DNA of 64,000 nucleotides from Phoronis australis (taxonomy: Eukaryota; Animalia; Phoronida), in NCBI GenBank assembly GCA_002633005.1, contig NMRA01000052.1, positions 981,235 through 1,045,234 of the forward strand, read 5' to 3'. The notes beneath the pieces were generated by a model. The model was not told the DNA's origin. It saw only the letters and a program-made list of their open reading frames with translations, and searched no databases. A program made the position numbers and the translations under genes. How positions within the stretch are numbered: the stretch's first letter is position 1; each line of letters starts with the position of its first letter. This document shows positions 12,201 to 25,100 of this stretch, piece after piece.

Positions 12201-15200
12201 CATCTTGTACGTATCGCTGTAAATTTCTAAAAAGTCACCTTAAAACTAGGAAAGTATAATTCTTAGGAAGGATTATGACCGTGCTAAAGACCGCCTTTGT
12301 TTTGAATCCAATTTGCAAAAACACTTGAAGTTAGATTTTGCCCTGTTTAGTTGGCCATAAAAAAATTGAATTGAACCTTTAACTACCCTCATAAAATCTA
12401 TTTCCGGTACCAACTTGTGTTCTTGTTGGTAACGGAAGTAAAACAATCCTATCATTGTAAGGAAAATTATCAGACTGGTTTTTTGAGAGTAAAAAGGCCC
12501 AATTTGATTTTTGTTTTTAGCCAGCTAAACGAGGCAAAATGCGGTTTCGACAATTATAGACAGAAAACTTTAATGGTCGTTTCCAATAGGGTCCTTTAGG
12601 TAACAGAATTTTGAATATGTTATTTGAACATTTGATTTTGGGTGCAACACTGGTGTTCATAAGCACTTTGCGTAGGGGTCGAACATGCTCTTTCAAGCCA
12701 CACGACGCATTAGATAATCTTATTGACACTTAAATGTCAAGACCGGTGTGATCGTTGGCTCACAGTTTCGATTGCTTTGTGACTTAAGGTTACGCAGGAC
12801 CATTGAAAAATGTCTTAATTTGCCAAACTTAGGAACATCTAGAACAATTTTAGGAATTGTTTTTAGGTGTTCAACTTTTACTTGGGAGGCTTTCAAAAAC
12901 AGGACTTTTATGATTTTTATGAAAAACTCAGACATTGCATACAAAAATTTAATGACAATTTAGAAAACGGAAAAAGCATTTTTGACATCTCATCTTCGAC
13001 ATTTATATCAAACGAAATTTGTTCGTGTTGTTGATATTGTTGTTTTGCTATAGATGTACCCTTCTTTTTTTGCTTAATTTTAATATAAAAACACGGTCAC
13101 GTAACCCAATCAATAGCAGATTGGTATAAAGTCAAAAGTCACATTCTGTGGGCTTCTTACTTTTAGAAAATATATACACTTCTACTGTAGTTTCGTAGAC
13201 ATTTGGCTGGAAAAACAGACTAGCCGATGAGGTCCTACATAACCTTAAATAATGCTTCGGAGAGCACGGATGGGTGTTCACGTGACAGGTCTACAGTTCA
13301 CACATGATTGTGAGGTGTTGGGGTTTTGTTATCGATCCAGGTAGTGACCCTTTAACCAATTAATTGGATTTCTTGTGATTATGTAATGTGTACATAATTG
13401 GCTTACTTAAGAAGAGTCGCACTTCTTTGGTTTTACGCTTTCGTCACAATTGGGCAAAATTCGGCCAGCACTGACGACACTTAACTTGTTTGCTAACGTT
13501 TGCACCTCTGAAACTGTGCAGTATCCGTGTCCCAGCAGGGAAGCCGGCCTCTGTCAATCACCTCTTTATTCGGCTGATGATACGCGACTTGATTCGCTAA
13601 TGTGTGTGAACGGACCAAATCTTGATGAAGTTGAAAAGTAATGTTTTTGTTACCTAAAGAAATAATAGGCTTCTCAAAAGGATTTTACGAGGATTCTTAC
13701 TTGGCTTTTTTGCTCTACATAAGTCACCTTTCACTCTTCTTGAGTTCTTTAAGTTTACTTTCCCCTATTGTTTAATTCTCAGCATTTACTGTAACGGAAA
13801 ACATGTTAACGTCCTGAAACGATATGTTTGAAACGGTCTGGATTGTGCCATATCATTCCCAAACAGTACGGTGTTTGTCCGGGTATGTTCACGGGGCATT
13901 TGAAACTGAAATATGGGGAAGCAGTTGTTAATCTGAGCATCAGAATTTGAAAATAAAAACTAACGGAGCTCTAATTCACTACTAAACAACTGAGGAGTTG
14001 CCTTTATGACAGTTAAGTCACATGTAAGAGGCGAATGAAAAGCCTGAGGAATATGGGCGATAAACGCCGTCCGTACAGTTTGGAACCGAAGTCAGTCCTT
14101 TGTAGACAAGCACTCACCATGACATGCCTGGGTACATGAAAAGAATAAAAAGCCATGTCTTTAATTCTTGGTACACCTATGAATAAATCTGGGTGATTAA
14201 GGCTTAGAAAAGTTGAGGGGAAGTTTTTGGAATGCGCGCGTTAAACTGGACAAATGAGGTGTACCATGTATAATCAGTTAAGAATTTGGTGCTTTCTGTC
14301 GCTTGATGCCTTTTCTTTTCTTGTCATCATCTGCTCTGCTTTCTAAACAAAACACTGTCTCTCTTCGCATTTACCACTGCGACCTGGAAAGGTCAAAAAG
14401 GCATTACACATTCTCTGCTACATTAGATTGCAAGGTCGAAGTTGAGAAAGTTAGGCCCTGGTGTGTTGCCCCCGTTTTGTTGTCTACCCTGTTGAAACCC
14501 GTTTTAAGCCCACCGTGTCGTGAATTTGTTGCCAAAACTGCCATCTTCAAGCATCATATGCTGTGATTACAGTGTCTGTTTGCTGATGAGAGTCTACTTA
14601 GATTTATAAAGTTTGGCATCTTTACAGTCCTTAATCTACCATATGGATGGTTTGACCGGAGATTTTTCATCATTAGCTTGTTTGCTAATGTTTTGTATAT
14701 CATACAAATGATAAAGATGATCGTTCTTCTCTGTGTGCGAAGTTTCACTTATGTTCCTTGGACAATAATTTCATTGGCTAAAAGAAGAACTTACAAGAAA
14801 TCGGAATTAACCTTTTTATTCAAGGGATGAAGGTTTGATTGTTGCACATTTTTAGCAACCTGCTGGAGTTTTCTCCCCATGTCATGTTAGTGGTTTGTAA
14901 ATGATGGCTTTTATGCTTGAGTCATCCGGCTTTTGTGTAGTAATTGTCGGCTCACCGAACCAGTGTTGGCTTTTTAACATCTGAACTGCTGTGTTATTGT
15001 CCGAGCTGCTTAGAACAGTGAGAAGCAAAAATTAAAATTGAAGTATCCATCCATAAATCACACGAATGTCTGATATGACGAGATCTTTCCATTTTCATTA
15101 AATTTCTTGGTATGTGTGTTAAAGGTTTTATAAAGTAATGGATCTATTCTTTGAACACTGTTTCTTATTTTTGGTGAAACTATCAAGAAACCATAGTTTC

Positions 15201-18200
15201 AGCTGCTGAAGTTTCACAAAAACTTTGAGTGTATTTAGTGTGTCTGCAGATTTGCTTTTTCGTGACAATTTCTCATGCATTTCGATTTATTTCAAGATGG
15301 CATAACAATATCTGTGTTTGGCAAATACGTGTTATCTGATTGGTTCAGAGGTCCAGATCCTAGCATGTCAATTGCTCATGTAGTTGGCATAGTGCCATCA
15401 GTTTTAACACATTATGTATCACTGACATTTAAGGAAGCAGACGAGAGTGTGCAGACGCGATGTTGGTCCTTATGGTTATGTAGGACCTTAGAAAAATTCC
15501 AAATTTGGCTACCTTTGGAACATGATATCTCAGAAATCGCTGATCGGATTCATATGAAACTTTCTGCTACTGTGTTTTGTGTACTTTTCTTCAAAACTGC
15601 ACATAATAAAAATAAAATGATATTTAAAAAAGGAACAGTGTTTTTGAGAACTCACCATCAACATTTATATCAAATATAATTTGACCAATATTGATACCAC
15701 TGTTTTGCTATTAATGTACCTTTCTGTTTTGCTAAATTTTTCCAAAAATACTCGGTCACTAATTGACGGGAGGGTACAACGTCAGAAATCAAAATTCTAC
15801 AGGCTTTCGGAAATGTATGGTTTTACTGAATTAAAGTCTATATTTTGTAGGTATCTGGCTTAATACATGTACTTGCCAATAGGGGGCCCTACATAATCTG
15901 AATGCTATCAGTTGTGTTGCCATTAACACGAGGGTATTTCTAATGCTTGCAGACATGCTGTGTAATAAGTATCATGGGTTATGTAACCAGATAACTTGTA
16001 GTTCGCAAATACGGGAACTCTAACCTCGTTGGCTTGATTTATGCGGGTTAAAACCTTGCATTGCTGCCTGCATTTGTCAGAAGTGTGTCTTACTAAACAC
16101 AGAGGTTCGTACCAGTTAGGTTCATGGAAGTTATATTACGATCGAGTAACGATAACATAAATGCTGATTTTTACGTTAGAAGTACGGCGGGAAATGTCCC
16201 TGCTGAAGATAATGGATTTCGAGAATCGTGCCACGAGTGGATGTCTGATATTTGTGTACATCGTGATTATTTAATGTTATCTGGTTATACCATGTGAATG
16301 TGTCTGCTATACATAACTTTTTCTCTTTTCCTGTGGTGAGCAATCCTTTTTCTAGCAGACGCTCTTCAGATTTCACCACCCCTAAAGCTTCACTAAACTA
16401 CGTCAACAACAGCAACAAAATCGACTGCAACATCTTCATTTGTGACGAGTAATTAAAAAGGCGTTACTCACTTTTCACACTCTTTGTTTTCTCACGACTA
16501 TAACATCAGCTATTAGTAGGGCGGTAGTGTTTAGACTGATTTTGTCTCCTTTTGCAGGAACACTTATGTGCATGCGATGACATACTGGACGAGTTGCGAC
16601 CAGCTCGCGTGGCTAAAACTGTGCAACAATTAGTCGGCTTCCCAAGAATAACCACCACCGATTTCTTAATCTCCTACTTGTGTGTGGCCGTTCTGTTCAG
16701 TGTCTCTGTCTTCCTCTATGTTTTTCTTCCCAACTGATCTACTGCTAACGCCATCTTATTCTATCTCTCTCTTGCTCGCATGCTCACCCTGTGATCGTAA
16801 CGGCAGCACGCGTGCACACACCATATCGTATGGTCACTAAACCCCTCTTGGTTTCTAAGTGTTGTACGAATCACGAGCGTGTGATTACGTGTTCGTTTGT
16901 TAATCAAAAAGGTGGTTGAATTTTGATGTTGTAACCAAGTACTAGCAATACATTCAAAGTGAGTTGCGTGCTTTGGCTTGGGAGCCGGCTGTACATGTTG
17001 ATATTAATTTGATATTATACGCCCATATATGTACATTCATGCAATATCTGCTTTTATATGAAGATATGTGGGCATGTAATTGTGTCTTTCATTTGTCGTT
17101 GTTTTTGACCAACATTTGCTTTGTTATTATTTATTAATTTATTAAATTTGTATTTATTTTCATAGTAGCTGCTAACGTGATCGCGAGCTATTTTAGTTAT
17201 CGCTGCCATTCGTTATTTCCTTGCAACTACCGTTGTTTTCGGTGTTATTAACATGTTCCTGACTAACGTATCGCTTTAAATTACCATGTAATACCGTTGC
17301 GTGTGTTGGGTGTGTCTTTGAAAAGCGAGTTGTAGAGTTTAAGTTGAGGGACCTGAATTTCAAAACTGTTCATATCATTTCAAATTTTTAGGAACCCTTA
17401 GTCTCTTAAACTACGCTCTTCAAGTTTCCATGGACACCAGTTATCAAAATTTGACATTATGTAGCATTTCATGAAAGGTTGATCTTTTGAAATAATGTCT
17501 ACAAAAACCATTTAACCAGATTTTAACATTTAATGTAGCTAGTGAAAATTAATCCATACCTAAGCACAATAGTAAGTTCATCATACAAGGAGCTAGAAAA
17601 TACGGTACAATTCTTATTGGTTTTAAGTATACTGTAATTACCTTCATGTTTCGTGCAATGGGTCTAACTATGTGGCCTGAGCACAGCTGATGTGCCGCGT
17701 GGCTAAAAGCATCTCATCAGGCCACCTGTTCAGTCTTTGTAATTATCATCATAGACCTGAGTGTGACATAAAACAGTTTAGTAAGAGATAACGGTTACGT
17801 GATTGACTACTACAGCAATTACACTATATTTCGTACCCTCTCTTCATTTCGCACACCCAACACTATTTGGGTCCATAATTTAAGGATTTGTTGTTCACCG
17901 ATTTCATATGAGACCAATTCTTGGTATCCCTTATGAATTCCAAAGTGCGAAAATGCTCAGATGTTGGCAGCATTTAACAATGATGGCTGTTTCTATCGAA
18001 CAACTAATCATTTGTGTTGTTTTTGATCCAAAAATGGTGTTCACGGACACTTGAAATTTTTTCACTAATCACCATGGTGCAATCCAACAATGTATACAAA
18101 GGCAAACAACTGGCTTTTTAAATTGTCGTTTCGGAGATGAAATTCACACAGTTTAAACAAAATGTTTGTCTAGTCATGTCTAAAAAAAATTGTTTAATGT

Positions 18201-19126
18201 TCACTTGTTTGAATTTATAGGAAGATTTTTCTAGTATACCGTGCAATGATCACTTGTAAAATAGCACAATGGCAATATTTGGATGTCATAGAAAACTTTT
18301 ATCTTGTCCTTAATAACATACCTTCTAGGCAGTAGTCAGTCGGAATATTACAGTCAGTATGGTATTCAGTCTAAATATATAAAGTTGATAAACTTGTCAA
18401 ACAACGATGTTCTCAAATCAGGTTCTACGTAAACAAGCAGCTGAATTCATAAGTTTTATATTTTCTGTGCACACCATTATTTCTGTGACTAGCTTGTTCG
18501 CACAACCCAGCATGATACCAGCAAATTCAGATTGAAAACTGTCTGTTCATAAGATTTCCAAAGATCATCCACTATGACTCAGATTAGCTATTTTTGGAAG
18601 TAAACAGAAAACTTATCCATTGCAGGAATTTGGACATAGAAACATTTCGTATGGAGATTTGTGATAAACGTAATTCTTCAAATCATTTTAGCTGACTCTG
18701 TTTGCAATAATTTTCCAGATTTTCTATCAATTGTATCATCAACAAACCATCTCGCACCGCTTAAAATGCTCTACTATAATTATGGGATGCAAGCACCAAG
18801 TACATAAGCGTTGTGATATGCTCTCCACCATTTGTTTGTTATGGATCTTCCGTCTCTCATGCAAGAATTTTACCCCCTGTACCCTGTTCTCAGTCGTTAG
18901 ACGTTATGTACCCGCATGCCACTTCTTGTCACTCTATGATTTTGCTATCGGCATGTCCTCTATCAATTTAGTTCTTATCCGTTTGTCTTTTGTTGTCTAT
19001 CTCGCGTGGTAGGTCGACCTCTGCTCCGCAGCCGACATTTTGGAAGAACGCGCACTGGTTCGCATCGCCAGTGTTGTACAAGCCCTCGTGGACAACGGCT
19101 CGTATACTAAACAGTCGGCGGTATGA
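240..19126 (+). CDS. LRCH: Leucine-rich repeat and calponin homology domain-containing protein (LRCH family), 3' portion; LRR exons lie upstream of the window
   Basis: Phase-consistent AG/GT exons: 240-380 (..MSLEDEFNR), 3027-3304 (ELARQQMKYQE.. coiled coil), 3791-3862, 4481-4657, 5015-5102, 6297-6437, 7647-7749, 8137-8255 (..NFTIRREMQHMREEVQMLNNLRE), 9407-9544 (NIESRLKVKLPDDLPGALKDGVVLCHLANHVRPRSISSIHVPSPAV), 10082-10159 (PKLTLAKCRRNVENFLDACVKIGVDK), then alternative last exons 16558-16737 or 19013-19126. The CH-domain motifs GVVLCHLANHVRPRS and AKCRRNVENFL are diagnostic of LRCH. The small linker exons between 3791 and 7749 are less certain individually. Confidence 0.92.
6875..7305. mobile_element. 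MITE (family A) in LRCH intron
   Basis: Imperfect ~40-bp terminal inverted repeats (TIRs): gggcggctgcatgcaacagtcccaaatagggact ... agtccctatttagagctgtttcatgcaaccacgc. Same TIR family as 29258-30016. Confidence 0.7.
8827..12311 (+). repeat. ~1.74-kb direct tandem duplication (8827-10567 and 10569-12311) carrying two LRCH CH exons; second exon copies at 11150-11287 and 11825-11902
   Basis: Near-identical copies at offset ~1743, separated by a single N at 10568. Scattered substitutions and small indels; the two exonic differences seen are synonymous (gat/gac, gtc/gta). Confidence 0.95.
12788..13244. mobile_element. Non-autonomous DNA transposon with TTAA target duplication (Kolobok-like termini)
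   Basis: ttaa|GGTTACGCAGGACC ... GGTCCTACATAACC|ttaa: 14-bp imperfect TIR with GG..CC ends and TTAA on both sides. Confidence 0.75.
15474..15898. mobile_element. Second, more degenerate copy of the GGTTATGTAGG-TIR element
   Basis: ttat|GGTTATGTAGGACC ... GGCCCTACATAATC. Solo ends of the same TIR occur near 7951-7967 and 26326-26346. Confidence 0.6.
16558..16737 (+). CDS. LRCH: LRCH alternative terminal exon A: end of CH domain plus C-terminal transmembrane helix
   Basis: Acceptor tttgcag|GAA, phase 0. Translates EHLCACDDILDELRPARVAKTVQQLVGFPRITTTDFLISYLCVAVLFSVSVFLYVFLPN*, with a hydrophobic ~22-aa tail. Confidence 0.88.
   Translation, partial: EHLCACDDILDELRPARVAKTVQQLVGFPRITTTDFLISYLCVAVLFSVSVFLYVFLPN
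19013..19126 (+). CDS. LRCH: LRCH alternative terminal exon B: end of CH domain plus PDZ-binding tail (..KQSAV*)
   Basis: Pyrimidine tract then gtggtag|GTC, phase 0. Translates VDLCSAADILEERALVRIASVVQALVDNGSYTKQSAV*, which is homologous to exon A (LCxxxDIL-E/D...V-Q-L). Not in the supplied ORF track. Confidence 0.88.
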   Translation, partial: VDLCSAADILEERALVRIASVVQALVDNGSYTKQSAV

Positions 19127-22100
19127 CGAAGTGACGAAGCAGCTAGAACAAGAAGTTAGAAACAAAGACAAAGTCATTTGTCCTCTAACCAGGGTCTGAG
19201 GTCGGATTCATGAAAAATGACTCGCGACATAAATTTGGTCTTGCGCTCCTCATAACTATTTCTGAAAAATAATCAAAACTCATTTTAACAAAATAGCAAA
19301 GTATCTGTGAATATACCCGTCGATTACTGGCGAAACTTCTACAAATTATTTCCTGGCAGTGATGTGCAAGAAATTACGCGACAAGCTTTACTGGGTTATT
19401 GTGATTGGGAGCATAAGGTCAAATTTCTGTCCTCAGTCACTTATTGTGAAACGGGCGCCAGGAGTTTTAGTACCCATACATCTGTGATATAATCTCTAAT
19501 TTTAATTGGACATTCTTAGGATGTATTTCCTTTTTCGTTGGTAAGGCAATCTTTAAGTGTTGCAAGTTCTGTTACTTCTGCGTTGTTCAGTCGTTTTCAA
19601 ATGCTTTAGTCGACTAGAAACTGCTTGGCATTCACGAACAACCTAGGATTATGCTATTTTGGCAAATTTTTGTTTGTAAGCGTTTTTTAGAATATTTCGG
19701 GTGCTTTTGACGGTAAGATCAATGGGATACTGTAATGTCATATCATCGTTTGAGCTTTATGAACTAAGATGTTTGAGGTAAAGACAAGGTATTGGTTCTG
19801 TTGTTGTCTGTGAGAAAGTGACCTAAAATAAGTTGAGACACCATGTATGATTTTTAGGGAGTTAATATCCAAATATTTGGAACGTACCAGCTCAACACGA
19901 AACAAGCCTCAGAACAATTCATGCGTAGACTAGAATCAACGATGTTTTTGGCTCTTATGCGTTGGCATTTTTCTTGCCTTTTCTATGCAAGACAATATAT
20001 CAATACTAGCGTACGTTCCAAAGAGGCAAAAATTTCGCAAAAACTCGCAAGGTATCGCCAAGTAAAGCACGTAATCACAGTAGCTTCCTTAGCGAGATTC
20101 TTGCATCCACGAAACTCTACCTTGAGATTTACTACATTTATGCGATTGCAGCTTCCGTTCTTATTTTGCATTTACTGTAAACTCGCTGCCTTTAGATCAA
20201 ATCCAACTTCGCTCTGGTTTANGGGGGGTGTTTTGTGATGAAAAAGTAGGAAATCCCTGTGCTTTCTAGTGTTTGCAAGATTAAGTGATGCCAGATACAT
20301 CAAATGTGTTCAATGTTAGAATGAGAACTTAGTATAAGCTGCTGGCTGTGTATACGACATTTGTCACTGTGTTGAAGGAAGTTACGTCAAACTGGATCTC
20401 ATGTTTTTCAAGTAATCCTGTTGGGTGTTTAAGAAGGCTTCAATGTAGGCATCTGCTATTTAGCCAAACTTGAAAGCTCTTAAGGCGAGGCTACCTTGAA
20501 CAGTAACACATGTGAATTTGATTGCTACATTGTTTTGAGTAACATTCTGAGCACACCAGTGCCATAGAATGCCAAATGTAGTGAACGCTTAGGCTTATTG
20601 ACTTATTTTTCTACATCACTGCAAGAATGATGTTCAATTCAGATCCATGTTCAATGTAACCACTTTCGGCCTCTTACTACATCACATTAAGCCAACCATG
20701 TGTCCGTTCGTAGCGGGTGACGTAACGCATGGCACACATTTTGCACATATAGGTCAGTGATCTTGGCTGCCCTAACTCAAATTTCCAGATCTGACTCTAT
20801 GCCTTAACAAGAGAAATTTGCCCGCGTTTCGCCATTTTTACCCAAACTGAGGTTAGCAAATCCCGCCTGCCCCCATCCCCCTCCCCCAATACCTACATAG
20901 CTGGAGTACTGTAATAAAGAACCTTATACCAAGGAGTCAGGGTAGAGTTCAGTAATGTTAGGACCTGGCTAAAAAGTAAAGACTTTGTGAGATTACACGA
21001 GATATTGCGGTGTATTTTCAAATTAGAACAGGTGATTTTGGTTGGGTATTAGGGAGGAGCTAGCGTAGGTCATAAGGTTACTGAACTCCACCCAGGACTT
21101 AAGTATCCAGTATAATACTTGCAACAGTTTTAATTTGAAGGCAGGTTTTACTATTCCAAGATATTGTGGTTACAGGTGGTCCATTTCTTTTGTCATCCAT
21201 GGAAGCCATTTTATGAAACTTGCTTCACTGATTGTTGGCTTGACATACAAGTTTCGTGCAGCGGGGTCACGATTTGTAAATGAACCCGTAGCATAATATG
21301 CATTTTGTTTCCCGATGTTTCAAACAGATCAGAGCCATGTCGCTCTTAAGATTGGTGCTTTTGTGAAACGTTTTGTGAGTGTTGATGTAAATACATTGTA
21401 CAGTGTATGTATGTATGTAAACTATGTTGATGTAAGCTAAGTGTCAAAGATTTTATAGTAAATTTGCTTGTTTATAAACATCCATGTGCATCTTTCAGTT
21501 CATTTTATTCATATTTATGTTTTCAATTTGTTACATTTGATGTAATGCACTTGAACAAATCAACTCGGTGTTTGTTGTCAAAGCCTTGTTGAAGTTGTGT
21601 AAAAAGGAATGCAATATTTGAAGAAAATTCACGAAAGATTCTAATCCAGGTCTTTAGTTCAAGGTTGTTGGTTGAAATAACACAGCAGTGGGACAAGCCG
21701 CCCTCTCTTGGAAAGATACAGGACACTTAATGTTTCAAAGTTGGTATCAACTTGCTCATTACTTAGGATAGACATGATTTCTTGTCTTGTGCGGAATTGA
21801 CTGTCCCTTATTGCTTGCAGTGCGTTAGCTTGATCCCAGGATGTTATTTTATGTCCCAAGCACGGAATCAACTCGAGTAGTAACCTATTGTCAGCTCTCC
21901 CCAAGACCAGAAGTTATTTCTATTCAGAGTAAGAACCAAGGTGAGACTGATTTTATGTCCCTAAGTGGTCAACAGAGGGCAGGCTTATACCATGTTTAAA
22001 AATAACCAACGGCCATCTCATTGCCAAATGCCTTCAACATGCTGGCATTGTTTTTTAGGTTCAAACAATGGGTTTCGGTTTTGGTTTGCAGTTTTTGTAA

Positions 22101-25100
22101 CCTTTAAAGGCCCTAATTAGGTCAAACTGAAATCACAAACTTCTAACTGGAATAAATCAAGCCAGATGCTGAGAATCTTTGTGTTGAAGCAGTCATTCAT
22201 GGTCTAGTCATGTGGTATTGGGCATGCTACCTGCTGTAATAAAAAAGATATAGGGTTCCACCCCCTGACGTGAACCAAGCTGGTGTCGCATAGGGCTTTA
22301 AGAACAATGCATATGGTAGTTGCTGTTCTTGTATAGCATTCCTATTTACAAAACTTCACTAGGTAGAACCTTCTTGTCAAAAAATTGGTAATCTTGCGTG
22401 GTAAACTGTGGTCATAAGACGCTGAATAGCACTATTATTTATTATGAAAAGATATTAAAAAGTTCATATGTATATCACAAAGGCTGTTTATATCTTACAA
22501 GTAAGCAGGACTCTCGCTATTCTAAATGTACTAGAGGCAACTACCAGTATTCGATGGGGATCGAAATTTTGGTGACTTGGACGGGTTGAAATGCGTGGCA
22601 GTGTAGGGACACTTCATTGAACTGGGAGATCCAAACGCTAAATTGACACGAGTTTTGCCGTGGGGGACGGGCGTTTTTTATCCAGGGGTGGCCATAGTCC
22701 CTGTTGTGTCCGCTGAAGTGTCAACAGTTAACAACCAACTCTTGTCACTACTTAGTGCATGAGTACGTCGGTACAAAATTTCAAAAATTGTTTTGTAATT
22801 AATGTGAAACTCATCCGTGCAATTTTACACAAATGACAATTGACAAAGCCAGAAAAGCATAGTTGGTTCTGATCCGTGTTTTTCAAAAATCAAGTGAGTG
22901 ATGCGGTATTTTTATTTGCTCGTTTTTTCAAAAAAATCGCCCAGTAGCCCAAACGAGCAAAAACCATGCGGGTTTTTTATTCATCGCTTAACAAAAATCA
23001 TGTGCAGTTTTAAACATGGACATTTAATTGGCGAGGCTTCGTTTTTAGTTGGTAAGCGATATTTTCAAAATGAGTCTCAGTGGCTACATACTGCCCAAAT
23101 ATGTTTTTGACCTAACCACAATCTGGTATTTTTATTCTATTTCATCACTTGGAATAAATGTCCTTATTACTCGCTAACAGAAATACAAATTACATACAAG
23201 GTTTGTCTGCCATACAAAACCTTTCGATACCATGACAGAACGACTACCATAGCTGAACAGTTTTCTCGGGGTAGCCTACTAAGAACAGAATGCGTATAAT
23301 ACACCAGTTTTGAAATGGTCGACGAACCAAAGTTGAACCGTTTCACATCGCAGGTGGTTTACTTGATCTAGTAGAAACCGGCTGGTAATCACAACAAGGG
23401 AAACAAAAACTGACTATCCTGATTCCTAAAATTTATGTCCAGGCTTTTAAGTAGGAAGGACGTGCGCCTTCAATTAAGTACCAAATTAAAAGTAATGAAC
23501 TGCACATGTAACCCTAAGTGCATTGTGCTTTTCTCAGTCCTTTGGTTGAAGAAAAGCGAATTGACCTATTGGACAATGTGGAAAATTTGGCACTTCAGTG
23601 CGGTCGCTTTATGAAGCCATGAAACAGCTCATTGTTGGCATTGACGGGACAGGATTACTCATCATTTTTGGTACTAGACTACAGAAATCTCAGAGTGTAC
23701 TTAGACAAGTAAATCCCTCGGTACAAAAATGTTCGAAAAGGTAGTTGCCAACGTTCGTAGATTCTTACAAAATGAAATATTCACATTGACGTGTAAATTG
23801 CTTCTTTATTTTTCATTGCTTACCATAACATTTCTTTAAATGCATAATTTATACGCCAAATATGCGAGTTGTCTGGGACAACTTCAGTGAATTTCAATTA
23901 CGTAGCAAATCATTATTGGCCATTTTCTGGCGGTAGCGATTTTCGACCTGGCCCTTTTAAAAGCACTGCCATGGTTCGAATTGTTTCTCTCAAGAGGCTG
24001 AGTCAGTTTGCCGGAATTGCACACTTATTTAATGGTCTATGGGCTTTACTAAGTGGTAAAATTCTTCAATACAGATTAGCACACACCTTTATAGAAATCG
24101 GTGCATTTTTACTAACAGAGCCCAAGCAAAGCGTTACAGATGAGCAGGAGAAAGATGGTTCCAATCCCTGTTGGAGAGGCTGGGTTAGCGTAATAATGGC
24201 AAACAACTCAGACTTACATTTATTGATGAAAAAATCTTCGTGGTGGTTTTCAGCTAAAAAACAACACATTTGGGTCTTCAATTTAAGTCGGTAACAGAAC
24301 CTGTTTAACTAAAGTCACAACAACTTCAAATGGCATCTAAAATTATTATTCCGCCTCATCGATTACTGTAGAGAACTCCACATACCATGTAGACAGGTTT
24401 AATAGACAGTGCAAAGGTGTCTGCATTTTCAGAAATCTTTGTGGTTAACGCGACGGGCAGTTATCACAGAAAATCTCATCAAGTGAGCTCGTACTTTAAT
24501 TTTCCTTTGAACAAATAATGAATAGTTTGGGTGTCATAAAAAAAGATAGGCTACTTTAATTATTGGTATACCTGAATTGAAAAAAATTGAAACGCGATTC
24601 CTCGCGTCTTGTAAGACAGTACAATCATTTAGTTGAAAACCGTAGTCGCCTGCTGATATTTTTTTGGAAAATGTCTAAGGCAGTCGCCTGATAAATGACT
24701 TCGCAACGTTTAAAGACGTGGACTAAGATTTTTCAGCCATGGGGATTAAAAGAAATATGAGTTGAAAATGGGCAGTCTGTTATATGATAACACGAGAAAT
24801 AACTTAATGAAGGTTGACAATGAGTGTTTACATAATTTGTTCAACATAATCGTTCAGAAACAGTCTAGTGGAAAAATTGATTTTGTCTTGTTAGGTGACG
24901 CCTGTCAGGAAAACATTTCTCAAGGCGTACATAAATCTCGCACAGCTACTGCTGGTTGGGTAATGTTACAAAACCCACGTCAAAGGTGGATATTTTTGAA
25001 CACCTGATGTTAGCCACAGCGTCTGAAATGACACTTCAAAATGACGTCAGGAGTCTACTATTTTCCCAATTTCACATGCATGCACATGATCAGTGGATCA

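Noticed and set aside
14583-14620. CTGATGA followed by a weak stem (hammerhead-like)
   Set aside because: No GAAA after the stem and no stem I/III.
17672-17726. Hairpin gtggcctga..tcaggccac containing ctgatgt-gcc-gcgt-ggc-taaa; considered as SECIS or hammerhead
   Set aside because: No in-frame Sec codon context in LRCH, SECIS geometry not met, and both hammerhead core motifs are mismatched.
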